Assembly (NCBI GenBank): GCA_963662315.1
Contig: OY759353.1
Coordinates: forward strand, 3,680,001 to 3,744,000
DNA from: Geopsychrobacteraceae bacterium
GTDB lineage: Bacteria; Desulfobacterota; Desulfuromonadia; Desulfuromonadales; Geopsychrobacteraceae
Direction: 5' to 3'
Length of the DNA: 64,000 bases
The notes beneath the pieces were generated by a model that was not told the DNA's origin, did no database searches, and saw only the letters and a list, made by a program, of their open reading frames with translations. Positions 9,874 through 20,770 of the stretch are shown piece by piece (positions within the stretch are counted from its first letter, which is position 1; every line of letters starts with the position of its first letter). The translations under genes were made by a program, and so were the position numbers.

Positions 9874-10123
9874 CTCATCTGGATGACCAAAATCATGCCA
9901 AAAGGCCAGAACCGCAAATGCCGTTGGCATTGATAGCAGTGGAAGCCGGCAAAATGCAAAATAAAACAGTTGGTGGTGACAATGAAAAACTTGTCGAATG
10001 AACACACAACGGAAAAACAACCAGCGTAATTCTAAAATATGGAAAAAATGTACACTTTTCCTTGATTTTACAGGGTGATTCCTGTTTCAATATGCGCCTT
10101 AAAAACAGACAAAGGAGCAGTCA

Positions 10124-12115
10124 ATGCCATCACCAAAATTTTCCGATCCGATTATTCGCCAATCAATTGATACCATTCGTTTATTAGCAGCTGATGCCGT
10201 AGAACAAGCGAATTCCGGACACCCGGGTACGCCAATGGAGGCCGCCCCGATTGCATATCTGCTGTATATGAAGCATTTACGCCATAACCCGGCCAATCCT
10301 GAGTGGGCTGGGCGGGATCGTTTTATCCTCTCTTGTGGACACGCCTCTGCGCTTATTTATAGCATGCTTCACCTGACCGGTTACGACCTGTCCCTTGAAG
10401 ATGTGAAAAATTTCCGTCAATACGGCAGTAAAACTGCGGGCCACCCGGAATTTGGTCACACCCCGGGCGTTGAAACCACGACCGGTCCGTTAGGGCAGGG
10501 TGTTGCCGTGGCCGCCGGGATGGCCATGGGTGAGCAATTCCTCAATCAACAGGTTGACAGTGAGCTGTTCGATTATCGTACCTGGGTCATCTGTTCTGAC
10601 GGTGATTTGATGGAAGGGGTCTCTGCCGAGGCCGGCTCTTTGGCCGGGCATCTTAAGCTTGGTAAGCTCAACTATATCTACCTGGATAATAAGATTACCA
10701 TCGAGGGGGACACTTCTCTGGCCTTTACCGAGGATGTCGGTACTCGCTATCTGGCTTATGGCTGGCATGTAGAACGTGTTGAAGGTGAAAACCTTGCTGA
10801 AGTTGATGCAGCTATGGAGCGCGCCAAACTTGATCCGCGTCCGTCTCTGATTATTGCCCGTACCCACATTGGTCAGGGGGCACCCAATAAACAGGATACC
10901 GCTGCCGCCCACGGCGCTCCACTGGGGCCGGATGAGTTGGCTCTGACCAAGCAGGTTTACGGTCGTAACCCCGAGGACAAGTTTGTTGTCCCTGCTGAGG
11001 TCAAAGAACACATGACCAGTTGTGTCGCGGTTGGCACCGAGCTGGAAACTCAGTGGAATGCTTTGCTCGAGAGCAAAAAATCCAGCCCTGCAGTAGCGAC
11101 CTGGTTGGCTTCCTGTAACGGTCAGCTACCCGCTGGCTGGGATGCTGATCTGCCGGTCTTTACCGCCGCTGATGGTGCCAAGGCAACCCGTCAGAGCAGT
11201 GGCTCCATGATTAACTGCCTGGCTGCTAAGTTGCCGCTGCTGGTTGGCGGTTCTGCCGACCTCGCTCCGTCAAATAATACCACGATTAAAGCCGCCGGAT
11301 CCTGGCTGCCTGGGCAGAGTGACCGTAATATCCACTATGGTATTCGCGAGCATGCCATGGGTTCCATCATGAACGGCCTGTGCCATACTCCCGGCTTGAT
11401 TCCGTTTGGTGGTACGTTCTTTGTCTTTGCTGACTACATGCGTCCGGCGATTCGCCTGGCTGCGTTGATGGGACTTGGTGCTATTTACGTTATGACCCAC
11501 GACTCCATCGGTCTCGGTGAAGATGGTCCGACTCACCAACCGGTTGAACACCTGGCCTCCCTGCGTGCGATGCCGAATGTGACCGTTATCCGCCCTGCTG
11601 ATGCAAATGAAACCTGTGCCGCCTGGAAGAGTGCTATCAGTAATCGTCAGGGGCCTACGGTTCTGGTCCTTTCCCGTCAGGGGCTGCCGACCCTCGATCC
11701 GGCTGATTACCCAGCTGTTGTCGATGCGCAAAAGGGGGCTTATGTCCTGTCCGCAGAACAGGGTGACCTTCAGGTTATTCTTATTGCCAGTGGTTCAGAA
11801 GTTCAGCATGCTCTGGCCGCCCAGACTGAACTTGAAGCTGCTGGTATCGGTGCACGTGTTGTATCCATGCCGAGCTGGGAGCAGTTCGAAGCCCAGAGTG
11901 CGGAATATCGTGAACAAGTTCTTCCTGCGGTCTGCACCAAACGCGTGGCCATGGAAGCCGGCAGCTGCTTCGGTTGGGAGCGCTATGTTGGTGTTGACGG
12001 AACTGTGCTTGGGATGAACGAATTCGGTGCCAGCGCTCCGGCTGGCCAGCTGATGAAACATTTCGGCTTTACCGCTGAAAACTTTGTGACGGCCGCAAAG
12101 GCGTTGGTCAAATAA
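10124..12115 (+). CDS. tkt: transketolase
   Basis: SGHPG, RDRFILSCGH, TTGPLGQG, DGDLMEG, THDSIGLGEDGPTHQP motifs. Confidence 0.98.
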   Translation: MPSPKFSDPIIRQSIDTIRLLAADAVEQANSGHPGTPMEAAPIAYLLYMKHLRHNPANPEWAGRDRFILSCGHASALIYSMLHLTGYDLSLEDVKNFRQYGSKTAGHPEFGHTPGVETTTGPLGQGVAVAAGMAMGEQFLNQQVDSELFDYRTWVICSDGDLMEGVSAEAGSLAGHLKLGKLNYIYLDNKITIEGDTSLAFTEDVGTRYLAYGWHVERVEGENLAEVDAAMERAKLDPRPSLIIARTHIGQGAPNKQDTAAAHGAPLGPDELALTKQVYGRNPEDKFVVPAEVKEHMTSCVAVGTELETQWNALLESKKSSPAVATWLASCNGQLPAGWDADLPVFTAADGAKATRQSSGSMINCLAAKLPLLVGGSADLAPSNNTTIKAAGSWLPGQSDRNIHYGIREHAMGSIMNGLCHTPGLIPFGGTFFVFADYMRPAIRLAALMGLGAIYVMTHDSIGLGEDGPTHQPVEHLASLRAMPNVTVIRPADANETCAAWKSAISNRQGPTVLVLSRQGLPTLDPADYPAVVDAQKGAYVLSAEQGDLQVILIASGSEVQHALAAQTELEAAGIGARVVSMPSWEQFEAQSAEYREQVLPAVCTKRVAMEAGSCFGWERYVGVDGTVLGMNEFGASAPAGQLMKHFGFTAENFVTAAKALVK

Positions 12116-12150
12116 GACCGCTAGCCCATTATTGCCGCTATGACAACAAT

Positions 12151-12180
12151 GTAAAGGGTAGCTGAAAAGCTGCCCTTTAC
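12151..12180 (+). terminator. hairpin / probable terminator after tkt
   Basis: gtaaagggtagc-tgaaaa-gctgccctttac inverted repeat. Confidence 0.6.
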
Positions 12181-12311
12181 TCGTTTAAGGAACTCTGCTA
12201 TCAAAGATGTAGGTTTGTTTCAGTTTAATGCACGTTACGCACACGACTGGAATAGCTGAAAGAAAATGTAAAGCAGCACAGCATAGATTTACCACAACCC
12301 CGGAGGATACC

Positions 12312-12878
12312 ATGTTACGTTTTATGCTCGTTTTAATGTCAGTGTTATTGGCCACAAATGTTTATGCCGCTTCTGTTGATATCGGTTTTAATGACAACAG
12401 TTTTCAGCTGGTTTATGAAACTCCTATTTCAGACGACGAGTATGGCACCTCGCTGCTCAATGGCCGTTTTCTATATAATGGCGACGAAGATACAAAGCTG
12501 GGAAGTGTTGGATTTGACTTTGTTGGTGAACCGGGCAATATCTCCGGTCTGAAAGTCGGGGCAGGGGTCAAGGGGTATGCCGGTCGTACAGATCATGATG
12601 TTGATTTTGCTAATCTTGGGCTGGGTCTGAGGATCGATTACACTCTGGGCCAGTTACGGGGGCTGGGTTTCTCAGGTCGCCTCAATTACGCACCCAAGGT
12701 ATTTTCCTTTATTGACTCTGACCGGCTTTTTGAAACAGAGGCACGCATTACCTATGCGGTTATGCCCAAGGTAAAACTGTATATCGGTTATCAGAATGTG
12801 CGTCTGGATGTCGACGGGCGCTCCGGTTCGATGACCGTTGATGACAGCATCCGCATCGGCTTCGTCGGCACCTTCTGA
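12312..12878 (+). CDS. YfaZ-like outer-membrane beta-barrel protein
   Basis: GGAGG RBS, signal peptide ending VYA, alternating beta-strand pattern, YAPKVFSF motif, C-terminal Phe. Confidence 0.7.
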   Translation: MLRFMLVLMSVLLATNVYAASVDIGFNDNSFQLVYETPISDDEYGTSLLNGRFLYNGDEDTKLGSVGFDFVGEPGNISGLKVGAGVKGYAGRTDHDVDFANLGLGLRIDYTLGQLRGLGFSGRLNYAPKVFSFIDSDRLFETEARITYAVMPKVKLYIGYQNVRLDVDGRSGSMTVDDSIRIGFVGTF

Positions 12879-13564
12879 TCCCTCTGAAGCACATCAAGCT
12901 CATCCTTTCCCTCAAGTTCTTATTTCATGAAAGAGCTTGAGGGACCGCCATCACTTCAGAAAATATTATCCCTGAAAAACCGAATCGATCCGAATGCTAA
13001 TAGAAGAATACAGCAGAGTAGCAATAGTTTGTAAAATTCAGGGAAAATAAACAGAAAAGAGATTACGGTCAGTGTAACGATAATTTGAAGTACAGAGCGT
13101 GGTCCTGCGGTCTTGCTGAAAGCTCTCATTGGACTTCTCCACGAGATAAAGGTTCGCAGTCTGTCTGAACGTTATCACTTTTTGTTGGTGTTGCAAGGGG
13201 AGGAGAACAATTATTTGGGAGCTGTAAGAATCAATTGAAGTCGCAGTGAGTGTAGCATTCCGTTGCAGCATGTTGGCCATTAGAGGCACAGTCTTGTCGG
13301 GTCGTCTGTCGTCACAGGTGGTATCAGTTAGGGTCGTCCATTCCTGGTATCGTCAGATATTTTGGTCATATGGTGTTGTGAAAATTATCAAAACCAAAGT
13401 CGCAGGGTTTCGCCCCTCCAGGCGAGTTACCTTTTATCCAGGGCCATAAAAGGTAACCCATTTTAATATGTCCGTGTTCGTGCGCCGTTTCTTCAATGTG
13501 ACCACCAGCAACTTAGTCGCCGGCCGACGGCTCAATTCACGCCTGCTGGCCAGAACCGCATTAA

Positions 13565-14518
13565 TCAAATCGTTAAAAACACTGCCGTCGCAACTGCCAA
13601 TATAACCCGGTAGTAACCAAAAATAGCCAACCCATGGCGTTGCAGATAACTCAGCATCCATTTAATCGATGCGGCAGCCGCAAAAAAGGCCACAACCACA
13701 CCCAGCAATAACGCAACATGATCAAAGGTCTGCAGCATCAACTGGCCATGCTTCAGCGTATCGTAAGCCGTTGCTGCGCCAAGAGTGACAACCCCGAGCA
13801 GAAAACTGAACTCTACTGCCGCTTCAAGAGTCAAACCCACCAGGATTCCGCCAACAATGGTGACCAGACTGCGACTGACTCCCGGCCACATGGCAATACA
13901 CTGGGCAAAGCCGACAATCAGCGCCATCTGCCAGCGCATGTCATCAAGGATATATCCTGCCCTGCCTCCCTGGCGTTGTCTGTTGCGCCAGCTGACCAGC
14001 AGAATCGCCACCCCACCGACAAACCAGGCCATAACTACTGGCCAGGGACCAAACAGATAAGATTTAATCAGCTTGTTGAACAGCAGACCCAGCACCGCAG
14101 CAGGAATGAACCCTGCAATGATATTGATCAGCAAGCGTCGCCCGGCAATATCGCGACCGGAAAGGCCTCGAAACGCCTGTTTGACGCGGCCAAAATAAAG
14201 CCACAAAACGGCCAGAATGGCGCCAGCCTGAATACAGATGGTATAGGCATCAACAGCTTCCTTAATGCTTTCCTGCTGCTGAGGTGAAAAGGCCGGATCT
14301 TCTCCGATTCCCATGATCTTTTCGGCCAGTAATAAATGGCCGGTTGAGCTGACAGGCAGGTATTCTGTGAGCCCTTCGACAATACCAAGAACGATCGCCT
14401 GCCCAGTGGTCATAACAACGGGTTTCGTTTCAGATTGAACAGAGGTGCTGGCAAGGCAGGAGGAAACGCAACATGAAGCAAAAAGTACAATGGTGAGTAA
14501 TATTATTCGTTTAGGCAT
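13565..14518 (-). CDS. uppP: undecaprenyl-diphosphate phosphatase (BacA/UppP)
   Basis: GIVEGLTEYLPVSSTGHL, IQAGAILAV, AMWPGVSRS, EFSFLL motifs. Confidence 0.93.
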   Translation of the reverse strand: MPKRIILLTIVLFASCCVSSCLASTSVQSETKPVVMTTGQAIVLGIVEGLTEYLPVSSTGHLLLAEKIMGIGEDPAFSPQQQESIKEAVDAYTICIQAGAILAVLWLYFGRVKQAFRGLSGRDIAGRRLLINIIAGFIPAAVLGLLFNKLIKSYLFGPWPVVMAWFVGGVAILLVSWRNRQRQGGRAGYILDDMRWQMALIVGFAQCIAMWPGVSRSLVTIVGGILVGLTLEAAVEFSFLLGVVTLGAATAYDTLKHGQLMLQTFDHVALLLGVVVAFFAAAASIKWMLSYLQRHGLAIFGYYRVILAVATAVFLTI

Positions 14519-14656
14519 CTGGTTATCCCTTGGGGGTATTTTGATCTATGTTATTGCACAGGTTCTCATACCGCAGTTGTCTTGGTGCTGGCAAGAAAAT
14601 GATGCTTTTCGGTGGTGTTAAAAAAATTGGATTAAGACGCAAGGTCTGCAGATAAT

Positions 14657-14686
14657 AAAAAAGGGCTCTCAAAAAAGAGCCCTTTT
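14657..14686 (-). terminator. intrinsic terminator after serA
   Basis: aaagggctct-caaaa-agagcccttt hairpin flanked by A/T runs. Confidence 0.75.
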
Positions 14687-14707
14687 AAATGTTTCTTACC
14701 TAGCTGA

Positions 14708-16300
14708 TTAGACATCAAGATGCACAGCTTTGATAAAGCGTGCTTCAACCGCATCAAAAATTTTCTGCAATGTTGTTTCATCCACCGGCGAATCGACAGA
14801 AAAGACAACCATCGCTTCTCCTGCTTTTTCACGCCGACCGAGGCTCATGTTGCCGATGTTGATATTTGCTTCACCAAGGATGGTCCCGATTTTGCCGATC
14901 AGGCCCGGGCGATCCTGGTAATTAATGACCAGCATGTGTTCTTCCGGCTGGAAATCGGTGGTGAAGTTCCGCATTTTGACAATCTTTGGTGTCCCTTCAA
15001 ACAGGGTCCCGGCGATGGTCCGGCGGCCTTCAGGGCTTTCCATGGTCAGGGTGATCAGGCTGGAGAATGACTCGGTCTCAGTGGAGCGGATCGATTCGAC
15101 TTCAATTCCCATGTTGCGGGCGACCAGGCCGGCATTGACCATGTTAACGTCCTGATCAGAGCAGTGATTAAGCAGTGCAGAAAGGCCGCAGACGCTCAAC
15201 GGAGCACAATCAAAACGGGCAATTTTACCGTTGTAGGTAAAAGTGACCTTGTTTGGGTTGGGAGGAGCAAGTTGGGAGATAAAGTTGCCCAGAATGGAGA
15301 CCAGCTGCATAAACGGCTTCATGTGTTCCATCTGATCCGGATCAAAGCGCGGAATATTGACAGCCGCAGCCATTGGCTTCCCATCGATATAGTTAACGAT
15401 CTCCTGGCTGACATCGACCGCAACATTTTTTTGTGCTTCGAATGTGTTTGCTCCCAGGTGTGGTGTAACCAGCATGTTGGGATGAGCGATAAGTTTCTTC
15501 AGTACCTCGCTGTTTGGTGGCTCCTGGCTCCAAACATCGAAGGCTGCGCCAACGCATTTGCCGCTGTTAAGGGCATTGAGTGTTGCCTCTTCATTAAAAA
15601 TTCCGCCACGTGCACAGTTGACGATAATGACACCGTCTTTCATTCCCTCGAAATGTTCGGCGCGGATCATGTCGCGGGTTTCATCTGTCAACGGGGTATG
15701 TACGGTAATAATGTCTGAAAAGCGGATAATATCCTCAAGCGGAACCAGCTTGACACCAAAGTCTTCAGCGCGTTTTTCAGAGATGTAAGGGTCGTAGGTG
15801 ATCACTTCAGCTTCAAAGGCACGTACGCGTCTTGCAACCCGGCCACCAACTTTACCCAGGCCGATGATGCCGACGGTTTTTCCCTTCAATTCACGTCCGG
15901 TGAAAGGGGCGCGCTTCCATTCACCATTTTTCAGACTGGCATTGGCAATCGGTACATTGCGGCATAGTGACAGCAGAATAGCCATGGTATGCTCAGCGGC
16001 AGAGTTTACGTTACCGTACGGAGCATTAACAACGATAATTCCCCGCTTGCTGGCAGCGTCAACATCGACATTGTCAATGCCGACACCAGCCCGGGCAACA
16101 ATTTTTAGGTTATGGGCATGACTCAGCAGGTCATCATCAACACGGGTGCCACTGCGGGTGATGATTGCATCATAGGCACCGACGGCCTCGTGCAGTTCGG
16201 TAAGACTCAAGCCGAGCTTTTTATCAACCTGGACGCGAGGATCTTCAAGCAGGGGAAGAAGGCCATTATCGGAAACTTCGTCCGTAATTAAAACTTTCAT
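14708..16300 (-). CDS. serA: D-3-phosphoglycerate dehydrogenase (with ASB and ACT domains)
   Basis: RAGVGIDNVD, GIIGLGKVG, NCARGG, TPHLGA motifs; C-terminal ACT domain (DRPGLIG). Confidence 0.96.
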   Translation of the reverse strand: MKVLITDEVSDNGLLPLLEDPRVQVDKKLGLSLTELHEAVGAYDAIITRSGTRVDDDLLSHAHNLKIVARAGVGIDNVDVDAASKRGIIVVNAPYGNVNSAAEHTMAILLSLCRNVPIANASLKNGEWKRAPFTGRELKGKTVGIIGLGKVGGRVARRVRAFEAEVITYDPYISEKRAEDFGVKLVPLEDIIRFSDIITVHTPLTDETRDMIRAEHFEGMKDGVIIVNCARGGIFNEEATLNALNSGKCVGAAFDVWSQEPPNSEVLKKLIAHPNMLVTPHLGANTFEAQKNVAVDVSQEIVNYIDGKPMAAAVNIPRFDPDQMEHMKPFMQLVSILGNFISQLAPPNPNKVTFTYNGKIARFDCAPLSVCGLSALLNHCSDQDVNMVNAGLVARNMGIEVESIRSTETESFSSLITLTMESPEGRRTIAGTLFEGTPKIVKMRNFTTDFQPEEHMLVINYQDRPGLIGKIGTILGEANINIGNMSLGRREKAGEAMVVFSVDSPVDETTLQKIFDAVEARFIKAVHLDV

Positions 16301-16404
16301 GCTGAACCTTTCTAAGATCTATCGAATATTTTAAGCGAAAAGGACAATAGGTAAGGGTCTGAAATAGTATGACCATCCGGGCCACTTGTCAATGACGTAA
16401 ATAG

Positions 16405-17331
16405 CTACTTTTCTGCAGCAATCAGCCGGACGTCGTCTACATAAAGAATTCGTGGGGTGGTCAGCTTGCCGACAAACAGGCCAACAGAGGTGACCTGGCT
16501 GAGATCAAGTAAACGGTTTTTGGGGGCCTGTTCTACTGTTGCCAAGGGAATCTCTAGGGTGTTGACGCCTGGCCGGATAGTGAACGAACTGTTGAAGCGG
16601 TCTGTGTATTCGTTGTTGTGCAATTTGTCGTCAATGCGTATGTACAGGACAAATTGGTCAACTCCGGGATTGAACACCTGCAGATGCAGCAGGGCATGGC
16701 TCTTCCAGTTTTGATGGACGCTGTGCAGGGTGATGCCGGAATAGCGCTGAGTCGAAAATTTTACGCGCATGGCATGATGGCCGCTGATGGCATGATGGTT
16801 GACCACTTTGCGCGAAGCGCTACCGCTCCAGCGCAGTCCTTCGTAACGACTTTCAAACCCAGCCAGTAGCGGAAATTGGTACCAGGCGACCAGGTCGTCA
16901 AATGTTGCTCTGAAGGTTGGAATTAACAGGCCAAATGTAACTGCAGCAAGGCAGAGTGCTGTAAGCAAACGTTGCCAGTAACGGTTAGTGCGCCAGCAGA
17001 AAAGGAAAAGAAATCCTAAAAAGCCGCCGATGACATCATGCCACAAGTCTTCAAAACTGGCATCCCTGCCGATTTGTGATTGGATGAGTTCGGTTAGCGC
17101 GCCACTGCAAAATGCAAATACCAATACTTCAGTCATCCCCCTGGGGAAAGGGCGTTGACGCCACCAGCTGTAACCATATCCCCACAGGGCAAAGCAGATT
17201 ATGTGGCCAAGATTCCACAATTCCTTAATACTTCTCAGGGAATCAGGTGCTGGCCCGCCGATAAACAGAAATATCCCACAGGTGCAGGATAGCAGGAGCC
17301 ATAAGGATTTACCGATAGGAAGTATTTTCAT
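16405..17331 (-). CDS. VanZ-family membrane protein with a C-terminal carbohydrate-binding-like domain
   Basis: WNLGH...TELIQ...GRDASFEDL motifs and TM helices, then a beta-rich domain ending LYVDDVRL. Start codon uncertain. Confidence 0.6.
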   Translation of the reverse strand: MKILPIGKSLWLLLSCTCGIFLFIGGPAPDSLRSIKELWNLGHIICFALWGYGYSWWRQRPFPRGMTEVLVFAFCSGALTELIQSQIGRDASFEDLWHDVIGGFLGFLFLFCWRTNRYWQRLLTALCLAAVTFGLLIPTFRATFDDLVAWYQFPLLAGFESRYEGLRWSGSASRKVVNHHAISGHHAMRVKFSTQRYSGITLHSVHQNWKSHALLHLQVFNPGVDQFVLYIRIDDKLHNNEYTDRFNSSFTIRPGVNTLEIPLATVEQAPKNRLLDLSQVTSVGLFVGKLTTPRILYVDDVRLIAAEK

Positions 17332-17616
17332 AGATAATGGACTGTAAATATTTCTGACACAGATTGTGTAAGAATCTGCCGGAAAATCTATCATTGTAGT
17401 GTGCGTGGTTTCCGTTGATAATCAACTCGTTTATTTACATTTTATTGATTTTTCGATATTTTTGAAGAACCAATTGATAAATAATGGTAACCAGTGAGAG
17501 TTTGTCATTACTGGCATGAGTCATGCAAGCTAATATGTGAACTTTTTTATAATGAAAATAAAACGCTAATGTTTAATCATGTCGTGGAGGGGTCCCTAAA
17601 CATCAGGAGCAAGCAA

Positions 17617-17994
17617 ATGGAAAGTCGCATTCAGTATAGTCCTGCGAGGAACCATCAACGCTTCAAAGCAATTGGCCGAGCTCTGGTGCTTATCGCCACC
17701 GGTCCGGAGTCGCTTCCTTTTCACATTATGGATATCAGTGAAGGGGGATTATCATTCCGTTATCTTGGGCCTAAATTAAGAAGAAATGCCGCTAAAACGG
17801 TCAGTCTCTATCATGACCATGAGCTGATTGCAGCGGATATTCCGATCAAAGCTATCTCAGATTACCGCCTGAGTGATAATCTCATCACTGTTCGCCGTGG
17901 CAGTGTTCAATTTGGTGAGCTTTCACCTGAACAACGCCCTATGGTTGAAAAATTTATTCGTAATTATACAGAGGCGCCATTGCCGGTTGCATAA
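17617..17994 (+). CDS. PilZ-domain (c-di-GMP receptor) protein
   Basis: RxxxR (RNHQR) and DxSxGG (DISEGG) motifs; AGGAG RBS before the ATG at 17617. Confidence 0.8.
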   Translation: MESRIQYSPARNHQRFKAIGRALVLIATGPESLPFHIMDISEGGLSFRYLGPKLRRNAAKTVSLYHDHELIAADIPIKAISDYRLSDNLITVRRGSVQFGELSPEQRPMVEKFIRNYTEAPLPVA

Positions 17995-18180
17995 GTCTGG
18001 CTTGTTTATAGGGGGATAGCCTGTTTGGCCAGAGGATTACAGATCTCTTTTGCTAAAATATCGCCTTCGCGGTCGTTAGTGGATAACGCTTTGCTCTGGT
18101 CTTTTGTCCCTCACTGCTTTTGGGTGATATAAGTAGTAGGCTGAGAGGAGATGGGGTAGGAGAAAATCAAGGAAAAAAAA

Positions 18181-18217
18181 CAAAAAGGGTTACAGCCAGT
18201 CGGCGTAACCCTTTTTG
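18181..18217 (-). terminator. terminator of tRNA-Asn (probably bidirectional)
   Basis: caaaaagggttac...gtaaccctttttg inverted repeat. Confidence 0.8.
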
Positions 18218-18224
18218 TTTTATA

Positions 18225-18300
18225 TGGCTCCCTCTGCTGGGCTCGAACCAGCGACAATCTGATTAACAGTCAGATGCTCTGCCAACTGAGCTAAGAGGGA
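18225..18300 (-). tRNA. tRNA-Asn(GTT)
   Basis: 76-nt cloverleaf on the minus strand; anticodon arm ctga-ctGTTaa-tcag; GGTTCGA T-loop; encoded CCA. Confidence 0.97.
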
Positions 18301-18371
18301 ATGTAAGCTCGTTGCGGATCAGGAATATAAGAAATTGCCTCTCCGCTGTCAACACTTTTTTTTAAACTTTT

Positions 18372-18959
18372 TTAGGCGCCTTTTTTTAGATCATTCAAAA
18401 CCAGCTTGGCGATGGCTTTCAGCGTTTCAAAAACGCCCTCGCCTGTGGTTGCACAGGCTTCCAGTTCCGGAACCCTGCGCTCATTCAGTAAACGGCTTAA
18501 CTCCTCCACTGAAGTGACATTGGGCAGATCGCGTTTGTTGTATTGAATGACAAATGGAATTTTTTCGATGTCGAAACCTTGCTCATCAAGATTGTCCCGC
18601 AGGTTCTCCAGGCTTTCAATGTTGGCATCAAGGCGCTCTTCCTGAGAGTCTGCAACAAAAACAACCCCGTCAACGCCTTTGAGGATTAATTTCCGTGAAG
18701 CATCGTAAAAAACCTGACCCGGCACTGTATACAGGTGAAAACGAGTTTTGAACCCCCGGATTTCACCGAGAGCCAAGGGCAGAAAGTCAAAAAATAGGGT
18801 CCGCTCGGTTTCTGTCGCCAGCGATATCATTTTTCCCTTCGAGTCTTCTGCTGTTTTATTATAAACATACTGAAGATTCGTTGTCTTGCCGCATAGGCCC
18901 GGACCATAATAGACAATCTTACAGTTTATTTCCCGTGATGCGTAATTAATAAAAGACAT
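18372..18959 (-). CDS. mglA: MglA small GTPase
   Basis: [34 protein letters not shown]: MglA signature. Confidence 0.95.
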   Translation of the reverse strand: MSFINYASREINCKIVYYGPGLCGKTTNLQYVYNKTAEDSKGKMISLATETERTLFFDFLPLALGEIRGFKTRFHLYTVPGQVFYDASRKLILKGVDGVVFVADSQEERLDANIESLENLRDNLDEQGFDIEKIPFVIQYNKRDLPNVTSVEELSRLLNERRVPELEACATTGEGVFETLKAIAKLVLNDLKKGA

Positions 18960-18974
18960 TATCTATCGCCTTTA

Positions 18975-19472
18975 TCAGTTAAAAAGATTATCAATATCAT
19001 CGTCCGTTATTTCAGCAAAAGGACTGGATATTGCTGCTAGCGATGAGGCCTGTTGAGATTTCACCGCCAGACCATCAAATACACTTCCCAATTCAGAGCT
19101 GGCTTTTTTGACCCGCAACCGAACCAGGCCAAGGGAACTTCGATGATCAAAAATAACGACCAGAATGACACGTCCGCCAACGATAGAGATGTGAATGTTG
19201 TCTTTTTCCCCTTCGTGGAACAATATCGAAAATTCTTTTTCTCCGATAAGTTTTGCCAGGCCGCCAGTTGCAGCAATATTTCCTGCTGTCAGGGATGCCA
19301 GACTGGTAGTATCCAGGTTGGCGGTTTCGCCGGAAGAGGCGATAAGCTGACCATTCTTATCTACAAGAAAAATAACTTTGGAATTTGATTCACGTAACAG
19401 TTTTTCCAGTAGAACAATAATTCTCTGGTACTCCTCTTCATACATAACCAGAGACGATTGAGAACCAAACAT
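18975..19472 (-). CDS. mglB: MglB roadblock/LC7 GTPase-activating protein
   Basis: SLASLTAGNIAATGGLAKL and SSLGLVRLR motifs; directly upstream of mglA. Confidence 0.93.
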   Translation of the reverse strand: MFGSQSSLVMYEEEYQRIIVLLEKLLRESNSKVIFLVDKNGQLIASSGETANLDTTSLASLTAGNIAATGGLAKLIGEKEFSILFHEGEKDNIHISIVGGRVILVVIFDHRSSLGLVRLRVKKASSELGSVFDGLAVKSQQASSLAAISSPFAEITDDDIDNLFN

Positions 19473-19610
19473 TTAGCACTCCTTTAGGAAGGATTAGGCA
19501 CGCAAAAATTTATAACATTTAATAATTTTCGTGGCAAGCTGTTTAAATATAGTATTATAAGTAATTTCTATGATTATTATCTTACACTCTCCTGATGCTA
19601 CTTTGTTGAC

Positions 19611-20762
19611 TTGTCAGGAAAAATCCTCTACTTATTCAATGTTGACGTTTTCCTGCCAAGAGTAAAGGTTTATGGGTTGAAAGTATCACAGATTTTGCCG
19701 CTCGGTTTACGCCGTTGGGATGATGATAATCATTCTGAAGGCTGCAAAGAAGGTTATGAATTCAGCCTGCTTGAAGATTGCGATAACGCCTATCGTTTCA
19801 CTGCTGTGGCCGCAGCCTCTAAGATTGCTACCATATTTAAAAAATTTGCGCGTTTCTTAAATAACGAAGCATTTTTTATTCTCGAATATTATCCAGAGGA
19901 AAGCCTCTCTCTGCGTCCGAGTAGTGCGGCCGAACGTCCGATCCCTGCAGTTTTTTATTCCCCTTACATGGAAGCAGATGTCATCATTCGTACCATCACA
20001 CCCTACCTGGAGCGGATGATTCATGATGGGTTTGTCGGTTTTGGGCTTGCCAACAACCGTAAGGGGCTTGAACTTTTCTACTCCGAAGAAAAGGTTTTAA
20101 CCTTCTTTACCGACAATCATCTGCGCATCACCAATTTCATGACCGATCTTGATATTCCCTGTACGGATCACCTGATTCTGCCCCAGGATTTTGGCCATGA
20201 CCACCTATCGCTTCTGAGTCTGCCTCGTGCAACACTGCCTTTGTCGCTGCAGAAATTTAATGGAGAAGAGCTGAACTCCGTCTGTTTCTGCGAAGATCTG
20301 ACGGACAGCCTCAGCATGTATGAAGTGGAAGAAGGGTTATCGTTCTTTCTGACCCGTAAAGAACAGGAAGAGATCGCCGAACTGGTCAAAGCCAAGCTGG
20401 GTGACCATGATTTCGCTGATGTCGAATTTGGTGGACTGCTCCTTGATTGGTCCGACTTTGTCACCGAGTGTGATCACTCCTTTGACGGTGACCTGTGGGA
20501 GTATAAACAGGGCCTGAAAATCAGGGACACTATACAGCTGGTGATTGATAATGCACCCGAAGCCTTGGCGGGAAAAATTATTTCCATTGTCTCTGAACCG
20601 GATCGTTTATTCTCCACGATTCTGATCGACCGTTTTAAACGCATTGATCAGCCCGATGACAGTCAACTAGGTCAGGAGCGCTTCTGGTATCAGGGCATTG
20701 TCCGCAACCAGGGGAGTGATTTGCGTCGTGATCTGATCCGTAGCGGCTGGTTCAAGAGGTAA
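19611..20762 (+). CDS. hypothetical protein, first gene of the putative mqnB-mqnD operon
   Basis: Long ORF ending 8 bp before mqnB. Start uncertain (TTG 19611 or 19677). Confidence 0.7.
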   Translation: MSGKILYLFNVDVFLPRVKVYGLKVSQILPLGLRRWDDDNHSEGCKEGYEFSLLEDCDNAYRFTAVAAASKIATIFKKFARFLNNEAFFILEYYPEESLSLRPSSAAERPIPAVFYSPYMEADVIIRTITPYLERMIHDGFVGFGLANNRKGLELFYSEEKVLTFFTDNHLRITNFMTDLDIPCTDHLILPQDFGHDHLSLLSLPRATLPLSLQKFNGEELNSVCFCEDLTDSLSMYEVEEGLSFFLTRKEQEEIAELVKAKLGDHDFADVEFGGLLLDWSDFVTECDHSFDGDLWEYKQGLKIRDTIQLVIDNAPEALAGKIISIVSEPDRLFSTILIDRFKRIDQPDDSQLGQERFWYQGIVRNQGSDLRRDLIRSGWFKR

Positions 20763-20770
20763 CCTTCATT

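Noticed and set aside
18372..19472. mglBA as a novel motility system
   Set aside because: A well-known conserved GTPase/GAP pair in deltaproteobacteria; nothing unusual in this copy.
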